From assembly GCA_964589775.1 (NCBI GenBank), contig CAZPUN010000039.1, positions 1-32,000 of the forward strand: DNA of 32,000 nt. Reading direction: 5' to 3'. The position numbers and the translations under genes were made by a program. Position 1 is the first letter of the stretch; each line of letters starts with the position of its first letter. The stretch is from an uncultured archaeon. Its GTDB lineage: Archaea > Asgardarchaeota > Thorarchaeia > Thorarchaeales > CAZPUN01. Positions 1-9,208 of the stretch are shown piece after piece. Below the pieces are notes generated by a model. It had not been told where the DNA came from, did no database searches, and saw only the letters and a list, made by a program, of their open reading frames with translations.

Positions 1-75
1 GACGAAATGGAAGACCGGATAGAAGACGAAATGGAAGACCGGATAGAAGACGAAATGGAAGACCGGATAGAAGAC
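1..75. repeat. 24-bp perfect tandem repeat (GACGAAATGGAAGACCGGATAGAA)x3 plus GAC, truncated by the window edge
   Basis: Identical units at 1-24, 25-48 and 49-72 with no spacers. Frame +1 reads (DEMEDRIE)3-DSMNSSRNGRLNKR with a stop at 115-117, so it may be the 3' end of an upstream CDS. Confidence 0.9.
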
Positions 76-182
76 AGCATGAATAGCAGTAGGAATGGCA
101 GACTTAACAAAAGGTGAAATGGCAGATGTCAAAACCAATCATATGAGTCATAATTCCTAGAACAAATGGAGGCGGGGAATTA

Positions 183-1034
183 TTGAAGAATTACATATAC
201 AGCGTGAAGGAAAAGAGATACGTTTCGACCAAGGAGGGCTTTTTATATACGATAGAGCTAGATTTCATCTCGATAGACGAGGCGCGGTTTAATAATTTTA
301 CAGGATATCTTACGAAAGGACTAATTACGTCACTGATTCAAGGTATAGACATTAGATTATCTAAAGATCTTGAGTTTTGGAGGGGTATCAAGCCATATTC
401 AGTTTCACCGTTGATGCGAAATTCGCAAATGACAAATATCAACTACATTCGATTTAGAAAAGGTGACCGTGTAAGGATTTTTGTTAGTTCATTTGAAGAA
501 GAAATAATAAATCGGGTAATGGACGCAATATCTAGAGAACCAAATGTGAAAATTGGTGATTTTGAGTTTTCACTTAAAGATATAAAAATCGATAAATATG
601 ATCTTATAGACTTTATAAATTATCAATATCACAAGACTGTTCTGGAAATAAGCTTTATAACGCCTACAGCATTTTCAACGCTGTATGGAAAGGAAAACGT
701 AGTATTTCCAATGCCTTCATTTTTATTTGGAAATCTTGCAAGACTATGGAATGAAAATGCACCAAAAGGAACACAGATAGACATAGAACAATTCAAAAAT
801 TGGATTTGGGATAATGTATCGATCATACAGTACAATACACATTTAGAAAAAGCCATTCTTAAAAAGCAAAAAATAATTTCGGGATTTGTAGGGAGAGTTC
901 AATATAGGCTTCGTTCGCTAAGCAAATATGGTGCATGGATTTGGGGATTAGCACGATTGGGGGAGTTATTCGGAGTAGGAATAAAAAGAACAATTGGAAT
1001 GGGTCGGATTAGGATTCTTTCGGGGGCATATTAG
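183..1034 (+). CDS. cas6: CRISPR-associated endoribonuclease Cas6
   Basis: KPYSVSPL, FITPTAF, GFVG and C-terminal G-rich loop GELFGVGIKRTIGMGRI. TTG start after GGAGG; first gene of a cas operon. Confidence 0.92.
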   Translation: MKNYIYSVKEKRYVSTKEGFLYTIELDFISIDEARFNNFTGYLTKGLITSLIQGIDIRLSKDLEFWRGIKPYSVSPLMRNSQMTNINYIRFRKGDRVRIFVSSFEEEIINRVMDAISREPNVKIGDFEFSLKDIKIDKYDLIDFINYQYHKTVLEISFITPTAFSTLYGKENVVFPMPSFLFGNLARLWNENAPKGTQIDIEQFKNWIWDNVSIIQYNTHLEKAILKKQKIISGFVGRVQYRLRSLSKYGAWIWGLARLGELFGVGIKRTIGMGRIRILSGAY

Positions 1035-1549
1035 TGAATAATCTTAGATCAATATTAGAAACTACGTATAAAAATTGCGAATGCATGGTTCAAGAGAACT
1101 CAATATTAGTAAAAGATACAAACGATACGAAAACATTATTTACTTCTAAGCTGAAAGAGAAAAATTTGACTGATTCAAGACTTTGTTCATGCTATTTACA
1201 TATATATACAATCATAAAAAAAGAAAAAGGAGGAGATACAAAGAAAACTATTAATGAAATATACATGGAACATTCAATAGAATACATGGATATATATAAT
1301 TATAGAAAAAATACGAATACAATTTCTAATTCTCTTACAGAAGTAATTCTTATAGAAAAAATACAGAATTTACCCAAAAATATTGATAATATACTACTAA
1401 TAACAGACCTAAATTGTGGATATGTGGATTTTACAGGTTATACTTCTGTAAGATATGAAAATTTGCATTTTATTACAAACAGCAATAAGAAAATCAATAA
1501 ACAAATTGATACTTTTGAAAGAAAATTATTTTTTCAAATGGGAGGATAA
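1034..1549 (+). CDS. Hypothetical protein in the cas operon (171 aa)
   Basis: GTG start overlaps the cas6 stop; ORF ends 3 nt before cas10 and carries the cas10 RBS (GGAGG). No recognisable motif. Confidence 0.65.
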   Translation: MNNLRSILETTYKNCECMVQENSILVKDTNDTKTLFTSKLKEKNLTDSRLCSCYLHIYTIIKKEKGGDTKKTINEIYMEHSIEYMDIYNYRKNTNTISNSLTEVILIEKIQNLPKNIDNILLITDLNCGYVDFTGYTSVRYENLHFITNSNKKINKQIDTFERKLFFQMGG

Positions 1550-1552
1550 ATC

Positions 1553-4201
1553 ATGAGTTATATTATATTTGTAGACCCAATTACATTTAAAATAAATAAG
1601 ATCTCGACTAATGTCGCATCTACAAAAATCAAAAATGCTCTTGACGCAATAGCTTCTAAGATATCTACTTCAGATCCAGTCGAAGCCATCCGTAAATTCA
1701 ATGAAGAGTTTTACAATTTGTTACGAAATGAGGAGTCCATTTTTTCCACAATGCCATCAGATACAAGATTTCCGGGATTTATGTCAAGCTTGGCAGACCA
1801 CCTATTGATGACTTCTGCATATGCAGTTGCTCTTGCAGAACAAGCTATTAGGAAAAATATCAGTTTAGCAGAGGAATATCCTGAAAATTCGAAAATACAT
1901 GAAATACTCAACGATAGAAAAAATATCAAACACATTATTAGATTTGCAGCATTAATGCATGATATCGGAAAACCACAGATAAAGCATCACAAAGAAACAG
2001 CTAAAATAGTAAAAGATTTACTTATAAAAATGAATTTTGATCAGACATTAGCAAGCTCAATTGCACAAATGGCATCTAGACATCATTATGGCAAAAAATA
2101 CGAGGATTCGGAGAAGCCACATACGCGAGTGGAATGGATAATTGCTTATGCAGATAAATTATCAGTCCAAGATCGAAGCATGATTCCAAAAAGACCAATT
2201 GAAACTAAAGATGCATTTAATTGGCTTAAAGCAAATACAAAGAACTTGGGCAATAAAGCGATTAAATCTCTAATAGAAGTAGCTGAATTCTTCGATAAAA
2301 ATGCGAGTGCTCTGGAAAAAGGAAAAGTAGACCGTAATTTAGTTCCAGATGCACTTGTAGAGAAAGACCTTGTAACAAAATTAAGGATGGAAAATGAATT
2401 ATCCGGTGAGAACCGTATTAATCTGGGTAAAAAACCATTAGCAATCTTGCTTCTAGAGACCTCAGGAATTCAATCATTTATTTCACGTTCTGAAGCATTG
2501 AAGTATCTTCAGGGGAGTAGTGCACTTCTTGAAGAGGCAATAAATCGAGCAGCTGAAGTAATTGGAGATATGCTCGCACCAGAGACTATAATTTACGTTG
2601 GTGGAGGAGCCCTACTTGCAATCGTACCTGCGGAAGGATATAATGAAATATTAAGCAAAGCAATCGATGCTTTTCGAAAAGTTGCAGGGGAACAAGTATC
2701 ACTAAAGAAAGTACCAAAAGAAGCAGCAACATTCAGTATGTTCGACATAAAAAATGGACTGCTACCAATATGGCAAGAATGGACAAAAACAACACAAGTT
2801 GATTTGCGAGATTTGGTTTTAATTTCACCAGGATTCATATACAAATATCTAACTATAAATTCAATAAGGCAAAGTGGCAAGATTCCTGAATTTTCAACTA
2901 AGCCAAATGATGTATGTGAAATCTGTTATTCGGAACCGCCACATAAGCCAAATAACATGAAAAGATATTTGAAAATAGTTAGACGATTTGAACCGGATAG
3001 GACAGATCTCTCAATTGGTGAATCATGTTACAATGTATTATCATTTCAATACGACGTAATTGATGAAGAAAAACACATTTTATCAGTAAAGAAAGGTTCT
3101 TGTAATATAAATAAGCCAAAATTCAAAATTGGTGCGCTTGAAACATTATATAAAGCAATAAAAATCCTATGTGAAAAATTGCCAGATCTTGGAGTTGAAA
3201 AAGTAGAATATGAAGTTTCACACTTCAACGATATATATAGTTATAAAGCAGGAAATAGCGAGAAGGCATCATATCCCCTCGCAGTCATAGCAGGAGATGG
3301 AGATAATTTCGGTAGCATAAAGGAAGAAATGACGAATTTTACGTTACTCAAGTACATTTCGGATAAGTTCAAGATGGCAATACAAGATACATTAGCGAAA
3401 ACACTAGCAGATATACTGGTAGAACAAATTAAATTGAATAATAAGAATGGAAGTAAGAGCATTAATTTGAAATTACCATTCCGACTAATATATGTCGGGG
3501 GAGATGATTTCTTATTAGCTTTAGATCCAAGAGCAATTCCAAAATTCATTGTCGGCTTGAGAAGATACATGAATGAATTCTTTGGAGAAGCAACATCAAA
3601 ATACAAGAAAAGCCCTGATGAACCATTATCGCGCCAATTTTTAGGAATCTCCATGGGCATTACAATCGGAAAGACAAATTCACCATTGTTTTTAATGTTA
3701 GAATCTGTAAGAGCACTAGAATCCGAGGCGAAAAGATATAGTAAAACATGGCAAGCAAGAAACAAACCACTCTTTGGAAGTGAAATAACCGTAGCAATGC
3801 ATAGATTTGCAAATGTTCCAAATAAACAGGAAATAGTAGATAAATACACTAAAATTATCAACAAGTATAGTGTAACGGGATGGCCAAGAATTGGAGCAGA
3901 AATAATTGAAAATGAGGGCATTTTCGATATAACTAAAAAATTACTAAAAAGAGACATAAAAGCGAATACTATCAAGAATTATTTAGACTTGAATGAACAA
4001 AATATCATAGGGATCGATATAGTATTAAACTATGCAGCAGCTCGGTTGAAGAATGATAAGAAAAAGAGTGAAGGGTACTTGATACTTAACAAAGCATTCT
4101 TTTCAAAATATAAGGACATCAAGAATGCAATTATTACGAGTGACCTTCACGAAATTATGAAAATTATTAATGATGACCCACTATTTTTGGAGGGGCTGTA
4201 A
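1553..4201 (+). CDS. cas10: Type III Cas10 large subunit (III-D-like) with HD nuclease and intact Palm cyclase
   Basis: HD residues SLADH83, LMH136D137IGK, H177H178, AD201. Palm1 SGIQSFI/YVGGG, CEIC zinc knuckle, Palm2 GDGDNFG and YVGGDD. Confidence 0.93.
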   Translation: MSYIIFVDPITFKINKISTNVASTKIKNALDAIASKISTSDPVEAIRKFNEEFYNLLRNEESIFSTMPSDTRFPGFMSSLADHLLMTSAYAVALAEQAIRKNISLAEEYPENSKIHEILNDRKNIKHIIRFAALMHDIGKPQIKHHKETAKIVKDLLIKMNFDQTLASSIAQMASRHHYGKKYEDSEKPHTRVEWIIAYADKLSVQDRSMIPKRPIETKDAFNWLKANTKNLGNKAIKSLIEVAEFFDKNASALEKGKVDRNLVPDALVEKDLVTKLRMENELSGENRINLGKKPLAILLLETSGIQSFISRSEALKYLQGSSALLEEAINRAAEVIGDMLAPETIIYVGGGALLAIVPAEGYNEILSKAIDAFRKVAGEQVSLKKVPKEAATFSMFDIKNGLLPIWQEWTKTTQVDLRDLVLISPGFIYKYLTINSIRQSGKIPEFSTKPNDVCEICYSEPPHKPNNMKRYLKIVRRFEPDRTDLSIGESCYNVLSFQYDVIDEEKHILSVKKGSCNINKPKFKIGALETLYKAIKILCEKLPDLGVEKVEYEVSHFNDIYSYKAGNSEKASYPLAVIAGDGDNFGSIKEEMTNFTLLKYISDKFKMAIQDTLAKTLADILVEQIKLNNKNGSKSINLKLPFRLIYVGGDDFLLALDPRAIPKFIVGLRRYMNEFFGEATSKYKKSPDEPLSRQFLGISMGITIGKTNSPLFLMLESVRALESEAKRYSKTWQARNKPLFGSEITVAMHRFANVPNKQEIVDKYTKIINKYSVTGWPRIGAEIIENEGIFDITKKLLKRDIKANTIKNYLDLNEQNIIGIDIVLNYAAARLKNDKKKSEGYLILNKAFFSKYKDIKNAIITSDLHEIMKIINDDPLFLEGL

Positions 4202-4845
4202 TGAGCGAATTATGGGTAGATACTATTAATGTTGGAATAATAATTGAAAAAGCCTTTAGAGTAGGATCACGTATTTCATACGATTCAACAAGTGATTTAC
4301 CAGTAGCTACAGTAAGAGCACGTGATGGAAAACGAAGACCATATCTTCCGCCATCAAGCTTTAAGGGAATTGTTAGGACTGCATGCCAGAAAGCATTAAG
4401 CATTACACAAAATGACACCCTAAAAAACGCATACATCAGGATTTTTGGCGAGGAACCTACAAAAGAAAACAGAAATAAAGAGGGCAAAATACGGATATTC
4501 GAAACAGATGAAACGATTGATATACTATCGAATATTGGTCTTAAATCAATACAAAATCGGAATGGGATCCGAATAGACGAAAAAATAGGTTCCGTTGCAT
4601 ATCAGTCGCTTTTCGAATTTGACTTTGTAGAACTCGAGAACTCACTAAAATTAACATATGGAATATATCCAGTTCTCCCAATTACAAAAGATGAAGCAGC
4701 AATACTTATTGCAGGATTAAGGCTTCTGAAATATGATACAATTGGGGGATTTGGCTCTAGAGGTTTTGGAATTATTCGAGATGTTTTGATACCAAAAGAT
4801 TTCGTTGAATTTGCAGAAGACCAATTGAGGGGGTATTTTGCATGA
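4201..4845 (+). CDS. csm3: Cas7-group RAMP (Csm3-like)
   Basis: FRVGS...SDLP, PYLPPSSFKGIVR, IFG, RNGIRID and G-loop IGGFGSRGFG. Confidence 0.85.
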   Translation: MSELWVDTINVGIIIEKAFRVGSRISYDSTSDLPVATVRARDGKRRPYLPPSSFKGIVRTACQKALSITQNDTLKNAYIRIFGEEPTKENRNKEGKIRIFETDETIDILSNIGLKSIQNRNGIRIDEKIGSVAYQSLFEFDFVELENSLKLTYGIYPVLPITKDEAAILIAGLRLLKYDTIGGFGSRGFGIIRDVLIPKDFVEFAEDQLRGYFA

Positions 4846-5984
4846 AAATAATACAATATGAGATTACACTACAACAACCCACGATTATTTTGAGAAAGAG
4901 GGGAAAAGGCAATTTCTATATTGCATCAGATACTATCCCAGGAACTACCATCGGGGGAGCCATTGCATCAGAGTATCTCAAACAAGCAATGATCAGTGAA
5001 GAGAGAAATTGTTTCAAATTACTCTCAACCAACGAATTCAGTTGTGATGGTTGCCCAGTAGAAACATGCATGTTTAGAGATATTGTACATAAGGAGAAAG
5101 TAATTTTTTCAACGGGCATACCATCAGCGAATGGAAAACAATATCCAATAGCACATTTAGCATCAATCGTGAGACCTGCAATTGAACCAAACGAATTTTA
5201 TGATATACTATTAGAAACAGCATTCATGAAACAATTAATCAAAGAAAATAGATTTTTCTTTGAACTCTTCAAGAGCCACAAAAAACGCTTGAAAAAATCG
5301 AGTATAATAATCAACTCAGATCTGAAGATCCAAGAAATACATCAAGAATCTCATGACCATGTGGCTATTGAACGAACAATAAAGAGTTCCAAATTTGAAT
5401 ATTTATTCAGTAATATTGCACTTTCACCTGGCCTGAAATTTTATGGCATTGGCATAGATAAAACTGATGCATTCAATATGAATGAAACCAATATATGGAT
5501 AGGTGGAAGTAGAAGTAGAGGCTATGGAAAAAGCATAGTAAAATTTGAGCAAACAGATATTGATGAATATGTCACAAAACGCGCAAAAGAAATCAAATCA
5601 GGTTTTAATAAAATCAAGAATCTTGCACAACGATTTAACATTAATAGAACAATCGCTACAATTACCGGAATTTCACCGTTGAAATTCAATGATAATTTCG
5701 AAAAATCGATTAGAGATCGCATCAAAGGTCTTGATTTTGAAATATTAATCTACTTTGCAAAAGAAATGCAATTGCAACGCTGGGATCGAACCAAAGAGAA
5801 ACCACTCGAATTTCAGCCCACGTTCCAAGAGGGATACTCTGTTGCTATCGCAATTAATGACGATGATATTGACTCTATTTCAAAACAATTAGCGGAAATA
5901 GAAATGAATCCTGACCTTATTAAAAACTCCATGAACTGGATTTTTGTTAATCATCCAGTACATTATGAAAAATCAACCCTATAA
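4842..5984 (+). CDS. csx10: Cas5-group RAMP, Csx10-like subunit of type III-D
   Basis: IPGTTIGGAIA, HVAIER, IGGSRSRGYG followed by a second RRM-like half; 380 aa; position in the operon. Confidence 0.72.
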   Translation: MKIIQYEITLQQPTIILRKRGKGNFYIASDTIPGTTIGGAIASEYLKQAMISEERNCFKLLSTNEFSCDGCPVETCMFRDIVHKEKVIFSTGIPSANGKQYPIAHLASIVRPAIEPNEFYDILLETAFMKQLIKENRFFFELFKSHKKRLKKSSIIINSDLKIQEIHQESHDHVAIERTIKSSKFEYLFSNIALSPGLKFYGIGIDKTDAFNMNETNIWIGGSRSRGYGKSIVKFEQTDIDEYVTKRAKEIKSGFNKIKNLAQRFNINRTIATITGISPLKFNDNFEKSIRDRIKGLDFEILIYFAKEMQLQRWDRTKEKPLEFQPTFQEGYSVAIAINDDDIDSISKQLAEIEMNPDLIKNSMNWIFVNHPVHYEKSTL

Positions 5985-6006
5985 ATTAAAGAGGTGATAA
6001 AAGAAG

Positions 6007-6327
6007 ATGACTTTAACAAATGACGATATAAAAAAGATTATCCAGAGCGCAAAAAATATTTTAAAAATATTTGATGAAAACGAAGATGCTACTAAGAATT
6101 TTTTGAGAAATGCATTAAATCTTTCATTGAACTCGACAGATTATGATGACTTTTTAATTCGCTTTAAGTATTTAATTGCAAGAAAAACTGATAAAAATTT
6201 CAATGGCAAAATGATTGCTATGCATTTTGAAAAAGAATTTGAAAACCATAATAGAAATATGGAACATATTTCGAAAATTATGGAGTATTTAGTAATGCTA
6301 CATTATGCAAAGGAGGAGGAGATCTGA
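6007..6327 (+). CDS. Cas11/Csm2-like small alpha-helical subunit
   Basis: 106 aa, helical pattern, FKYLIAR and C-terminal IMEYLVMLHY resemble Csm2; GAGGTGA RBS; directly before a cas7 gene. Confidence 0.7.
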   Translation: MTLTNDDIKKIIQSAKNILKIFDENEDATKNFLRNALNLSLNSTDYDDFLIRFKYLIARKTDKNFNGKMIAMHFEKEFENHNRNMEHISKIMEYLVMLHYAKEEEI

Positions 6328-7124
6328 TGGAACTCCATTCAAAATTAAAATATAGAATAATATCACATTTAAGTATAGAATTACTAGAAGATCTTAGAGT
6401 CGGAGGAGAAGAAAGTTCATTTATGCCATCAGGAGTTGATTTACCCATAGTTAAGAACAAAAATGGGAGCCCATATTTACCAGGATCAAGCCTTAAAGGC
6501 GTTATAAGAAGCTATATAGAACGTATAATTAATTCGTTGGATGAGACATCAGAGGTATTAAAAAAATATAAGATAACAAAATCAAATATAGAGGAAAACG
6601 ATTTTCAAAATGCATATAATACTAAAGGAGGAGAATTAGGCCAACTAGAAAATGAATTTCAAAACGCTGGCTCAATAAATCATGTATTTGGAATTTCAGG
6701 TTATGCAGCACCATTAAAAATTTCAGATGCATATTCGGATGAAAAAATTTTAGTTGAAACACGCACTCATGTAAGTATTGACCTTAATACTGGAAAAGCT
6801 AAGAAACACGCATTAATTACCTTAGAACTCATTCCAAAAGGATACAAATTCAATACAACAATGATTTTTGACGAACTTGATGATGAACTTCTAAATGGAG
6901 CAAATGCATTGCATTTATTGATTTTAAAAATGTTCAATGCTGGACTAGAAATTCACATTGGTGGCTGGAAATCTAGAGGCTATGGACTTTCAAAAATTTC
7001 AATTTCCAAGATAGAAGTATATTCACCACAGAAATTAATTCTAAGCGAGAAACCAAATATCTATGAAGGAAAAAAAATTGATACATATATTGAAGAAAGA
7101 CTAAATGAATACGGGGGAGCATAG
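6327..7124 (+). CDS. csm3: Cas7-group RAMP (Csm3), catalytic Asp retained
   Basis: LRVGG...GVDLPIVK, PYLPGSSLKGVIRS, VFG, RTHVSID, IGGWKSRGYG. Confidence 0.9.
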   Translation: MELHSKLKYRIISHLSIELLEDLRVGGEESSFMPSGVDLPIVKNKNGSPYLPGSSLKGVIRSYIERIINSLDETSEVLKKYKITKSNIEENDFQNAYNTKGGELGQLENEFQNAGSINHVFGISGYAAPLKISDAYSDEKILVETRTHVSIDLNTGKAKKHALITLELIPKGYKFNTTMIFDELDDELLNGANALHLLILKMFNAGLEIHIGGWKSRGYGLSKISISKIEVYSPQKLILSEKPNIYEGKKIDTYIEERLNEYGGA

Positions 7125-7125
7125 A

Positions 7126-7962
7126 ATGGTTATGGAAATTTTTAACAAATATAAAATACTATACACAATTGAAACAAAAATAACTAATGAAATTCCATTA
7201 AGAATTGGTGGAGATAAGGATAATCCACGTATTTCAGAACCAAATTTGCCGGTTATAAAAGATAAGAACGGAACACCTATAATTCCTGGTTCGTCATTAA
7301 AAGGATATTATAGAGGAAATATTCATAGACTTTTAATGACTATTTGGAATAATGAAATAGCAATAAATAATTTAATGGACAAGCTATTTGGCGGAAGTGG
7401 AACAGATGATGATGCACACTCGTCTCCAATTTTATTTAGCACACTAGTACCAAAAGACATTAACAAAAGATTAACAGATTCCCGTACTCATATCCAGATT
7501 GATAGGAGAAGTCAGGGGGTTAAAAATACATTTGAAGTCGAATACGTATATGAAAATACTGATTTCATTGGAAAAATTTCTGCAATAAACGTACATCCCG
7601 TGTTCTTTGGTCTTTTCCACACAATAAAAACGCTTGCTGAAACAGGTATCGCAAGATTAGGTGGATTTAAGAGCAGGGGATATGGCAGAATAAAAATTGA
7701 TTACTATAGGATGCATATCGATCTAATAGGAGTAAATTCAGAGTCAAAGACCTACAAGGCACTCATACCAGACAAGGGCGATATACAATTTGTAATTTCA
7801 GATAAAGTAACAATGCTAGTTTTTAAAGATTTTAAAATTCCAATTAATGGAACTATTCAATATAATCCTACAATATTTGGAAAAAGAATTACAATTGAAG
7901 AAAGTAATCTATCAGAATTTCTAAGTAATCTATCATCAATTTTAGAGAGTGTGATCAAATGA
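7126..7962 (+). CDS. csm3: Cas7-group RAMP (Csm3 paralog)
   Basis: LRIGG, PIIPGSSLKG, LFG, RTHIQID, LGGFKSRGYG. ATG 7126 follows a GGGGAG RBS (ORF track starts at 7105). Confidence 0.88.
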   Translation: MVMEIFNKYKILYTIETKITNEIPLRIGGDKDNPRISEPNLPVIKDKNGTPIIPGSSLKGYYRGNIHRLLMTIWNNEIAINNLMDKLFGGSGTDDDAHSSPILFSTLVPKDINKRLTDSRTHIQIDRRSQGVKNTFEVEYVYENTDFIGKISAINVHPVFFGLFHTIKTLAETGIARLGGFKSRGYGRIKIDYYRMHIDLIGVNSESKTYKALIPDKGDIQFVISDKVTMLVFKDFKIPINGTIQYNPTIFGKRITIEESNLSEFLSNLSSILESVIK

Positions 7963-8807
7963 ATGGCCCATATGATTATATAGAAGTTGATAATACCAAT
8001 AGGGTGCGCATTTCATCTCCAAAAGACAGAGGAATTCTAAATAACACTTACAAAATTATATTCAAATTAATAACTAGTTCTCCAATACATGTAGGTTCCG
8101 GAAGAAGCAAATTAAAGGATAGTAAAATTATTATGGAATTTTCTAGAAGTAAAAAAACCTTAGTAATTCCAGGGGCTTCATTAAAAGGAGCTATTTCAAC
8201 TAATTATTTGGTATTATCAGGCTCTGGAAATAAAACTAGTGAGCTGTTTGGAACAACTTCAGAAAGTGCATATATATCAAAAGTATTTGTTGATGATTTA
8301 AAAATATTAAACAAAAAACTGGGTTTAAGAATAGTCGGCAAAGCTTTCCCGCCGAGAAAAAAAATGAGAGGGGTTAAATATTACCCACAAGGAACCATAA
8401 CTAAATCAAAATATCTGTTAGAAGTATTAAAAGAAAACACCGAATTATTTGGAAAAATAATTGGGTATCAATTAAGTGAATTAGAAGTGGGCGGCTTAAT
8501 TGCTTCATTAGGAGTAATATTTAATAATAAAAGATTAGAAAAATGGAATTTTAAAATGGGCTATGGAAAATGGTATTTACTTGGAGGCTCAAAAAAAACT
8601 TTTGGACTTGTTCGTCTAAAGCAAATCGCAGTATATAAACTAAACGTTGGATTTTCAAATAAATATGAAAAAATCGATAAGCTAAAATGGACCAAATTTG
8701 TATCTAAATTTTACAATATGGAACGAGAAAATCTTTACGAGACGGTATTAGATGTAGCGAAGCGATATTTTATAAAACAGGAGGATATACAAAATGAGCA
8801 ATACTAA
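7959..8807 (+). CDS. Cas7-group RAMP (Csm5-like terminal subunit)
   Basis: N-terminal GPYDYI, PIHVGSG, VIPGASLKGAI, LFG, KMGYGK...FG. Confidence 0.8.
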   Translation: MNGPYDYIEVDNTNRVRISSPKDRGILNNTYKIIFKLITSSPIHVGSGRSKLKDSKIIMEFSRSKKTLVIPGASLKGAISTNYLVLSGSGNKTSELFGTTSESAYISKVFVDDLKILNKKLGLRIVGKAFPPRKKMRGVKYYPQGTITKSKYLLEVLKENTELFGKIIGYQLSELEVGGLIASLGVIFNNKRLEKWNFKMGYGKWYLLGGSKKTFGLVRLKQIAVYKLNVGFSNKYEKIDKLKWTKFVSKFYNMERENLYETVLDVAKRYFIKQEDIQNEQY

Positions 8808-9186
8808 AGAATTAATACGAGATGCTACCGAATTATATAATGGTATTATCAGAACGGCTGCCTTACAAAATCAAAACCAAAAAAAGGCAAAAAAAAGAGC
8901 ATTAAATACGGTAGAAAAAGCATTCAGAGATCTCTTAATAGATCTAAGATATAATAACATTTCTATAGAAGATATTAGAAAACGCCTTTTGTCGATGTTT
9001 CAAGAAGCTGCAATTAAATCTCAATTAGGGCAGATCAGTTTTTCAAAAATTAATGAAATTTCAAAAAAATTGGCAAGTCTATCCTTCAAAAAATTAAACA
9101 AGTATTCAAAAAATCATACAGACATGATTAGATTTCTTGAATATTCAATTATGAAAATTAAAATTGAAAATGCATTTTCAATTTAA
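8794..9186 (+). CDS. Basic alpha-helical protein, possible second Cas11-like small subunit
   Basis: 130 aa, overlaps the upstream RAMP gene. C-terminal IRFLEYSIMK resembles SKIMEYLVML of 6007-6327. Confidence 0.55.
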   Translation: MSNTKELIRDATELYNGIIRTAALQNQNQKKAKKRALNTVEKAFRDLLIDLRYNNISIEDIRKRLLSMFQEAAIKSQLGQISFSKINEISKKLASLSFKKLNKYSKNHTDMIRFLEYSIMKIKIENAFSI

Positions 9187-9208
9187 AGAATATAAGGAGT
9201 GATTAAAT

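Noticed and set aside
1-75. CRISPR array next to cas6
   Set aside because: Units are contiguous and identical with no unique spacers, so it is a tandem repeat.
3241-3975. 244-aa antisense ORF, and the other short ORFs antisense to or nested within the cas, top1 and ABC genes
   Set aside because: They are shadows of well-supported genes and have no motifs of their own.
7902-7935. 13-bp direct repeat AAGTAATCTATCA at 21-bp spacing
   Set aside because: A small in-frame duplication (SNLS x2) in a C-terminal helix, with no sign of independent function.
1553-9186. Assignment of operon 1 to type I-D, III-A or a cyclase-dead subtype
   Set aside because: There is no Cas3 helicase, GGDD is intact, and a Csx10-like subunit with four Cas7 paralogs fits III-D better.
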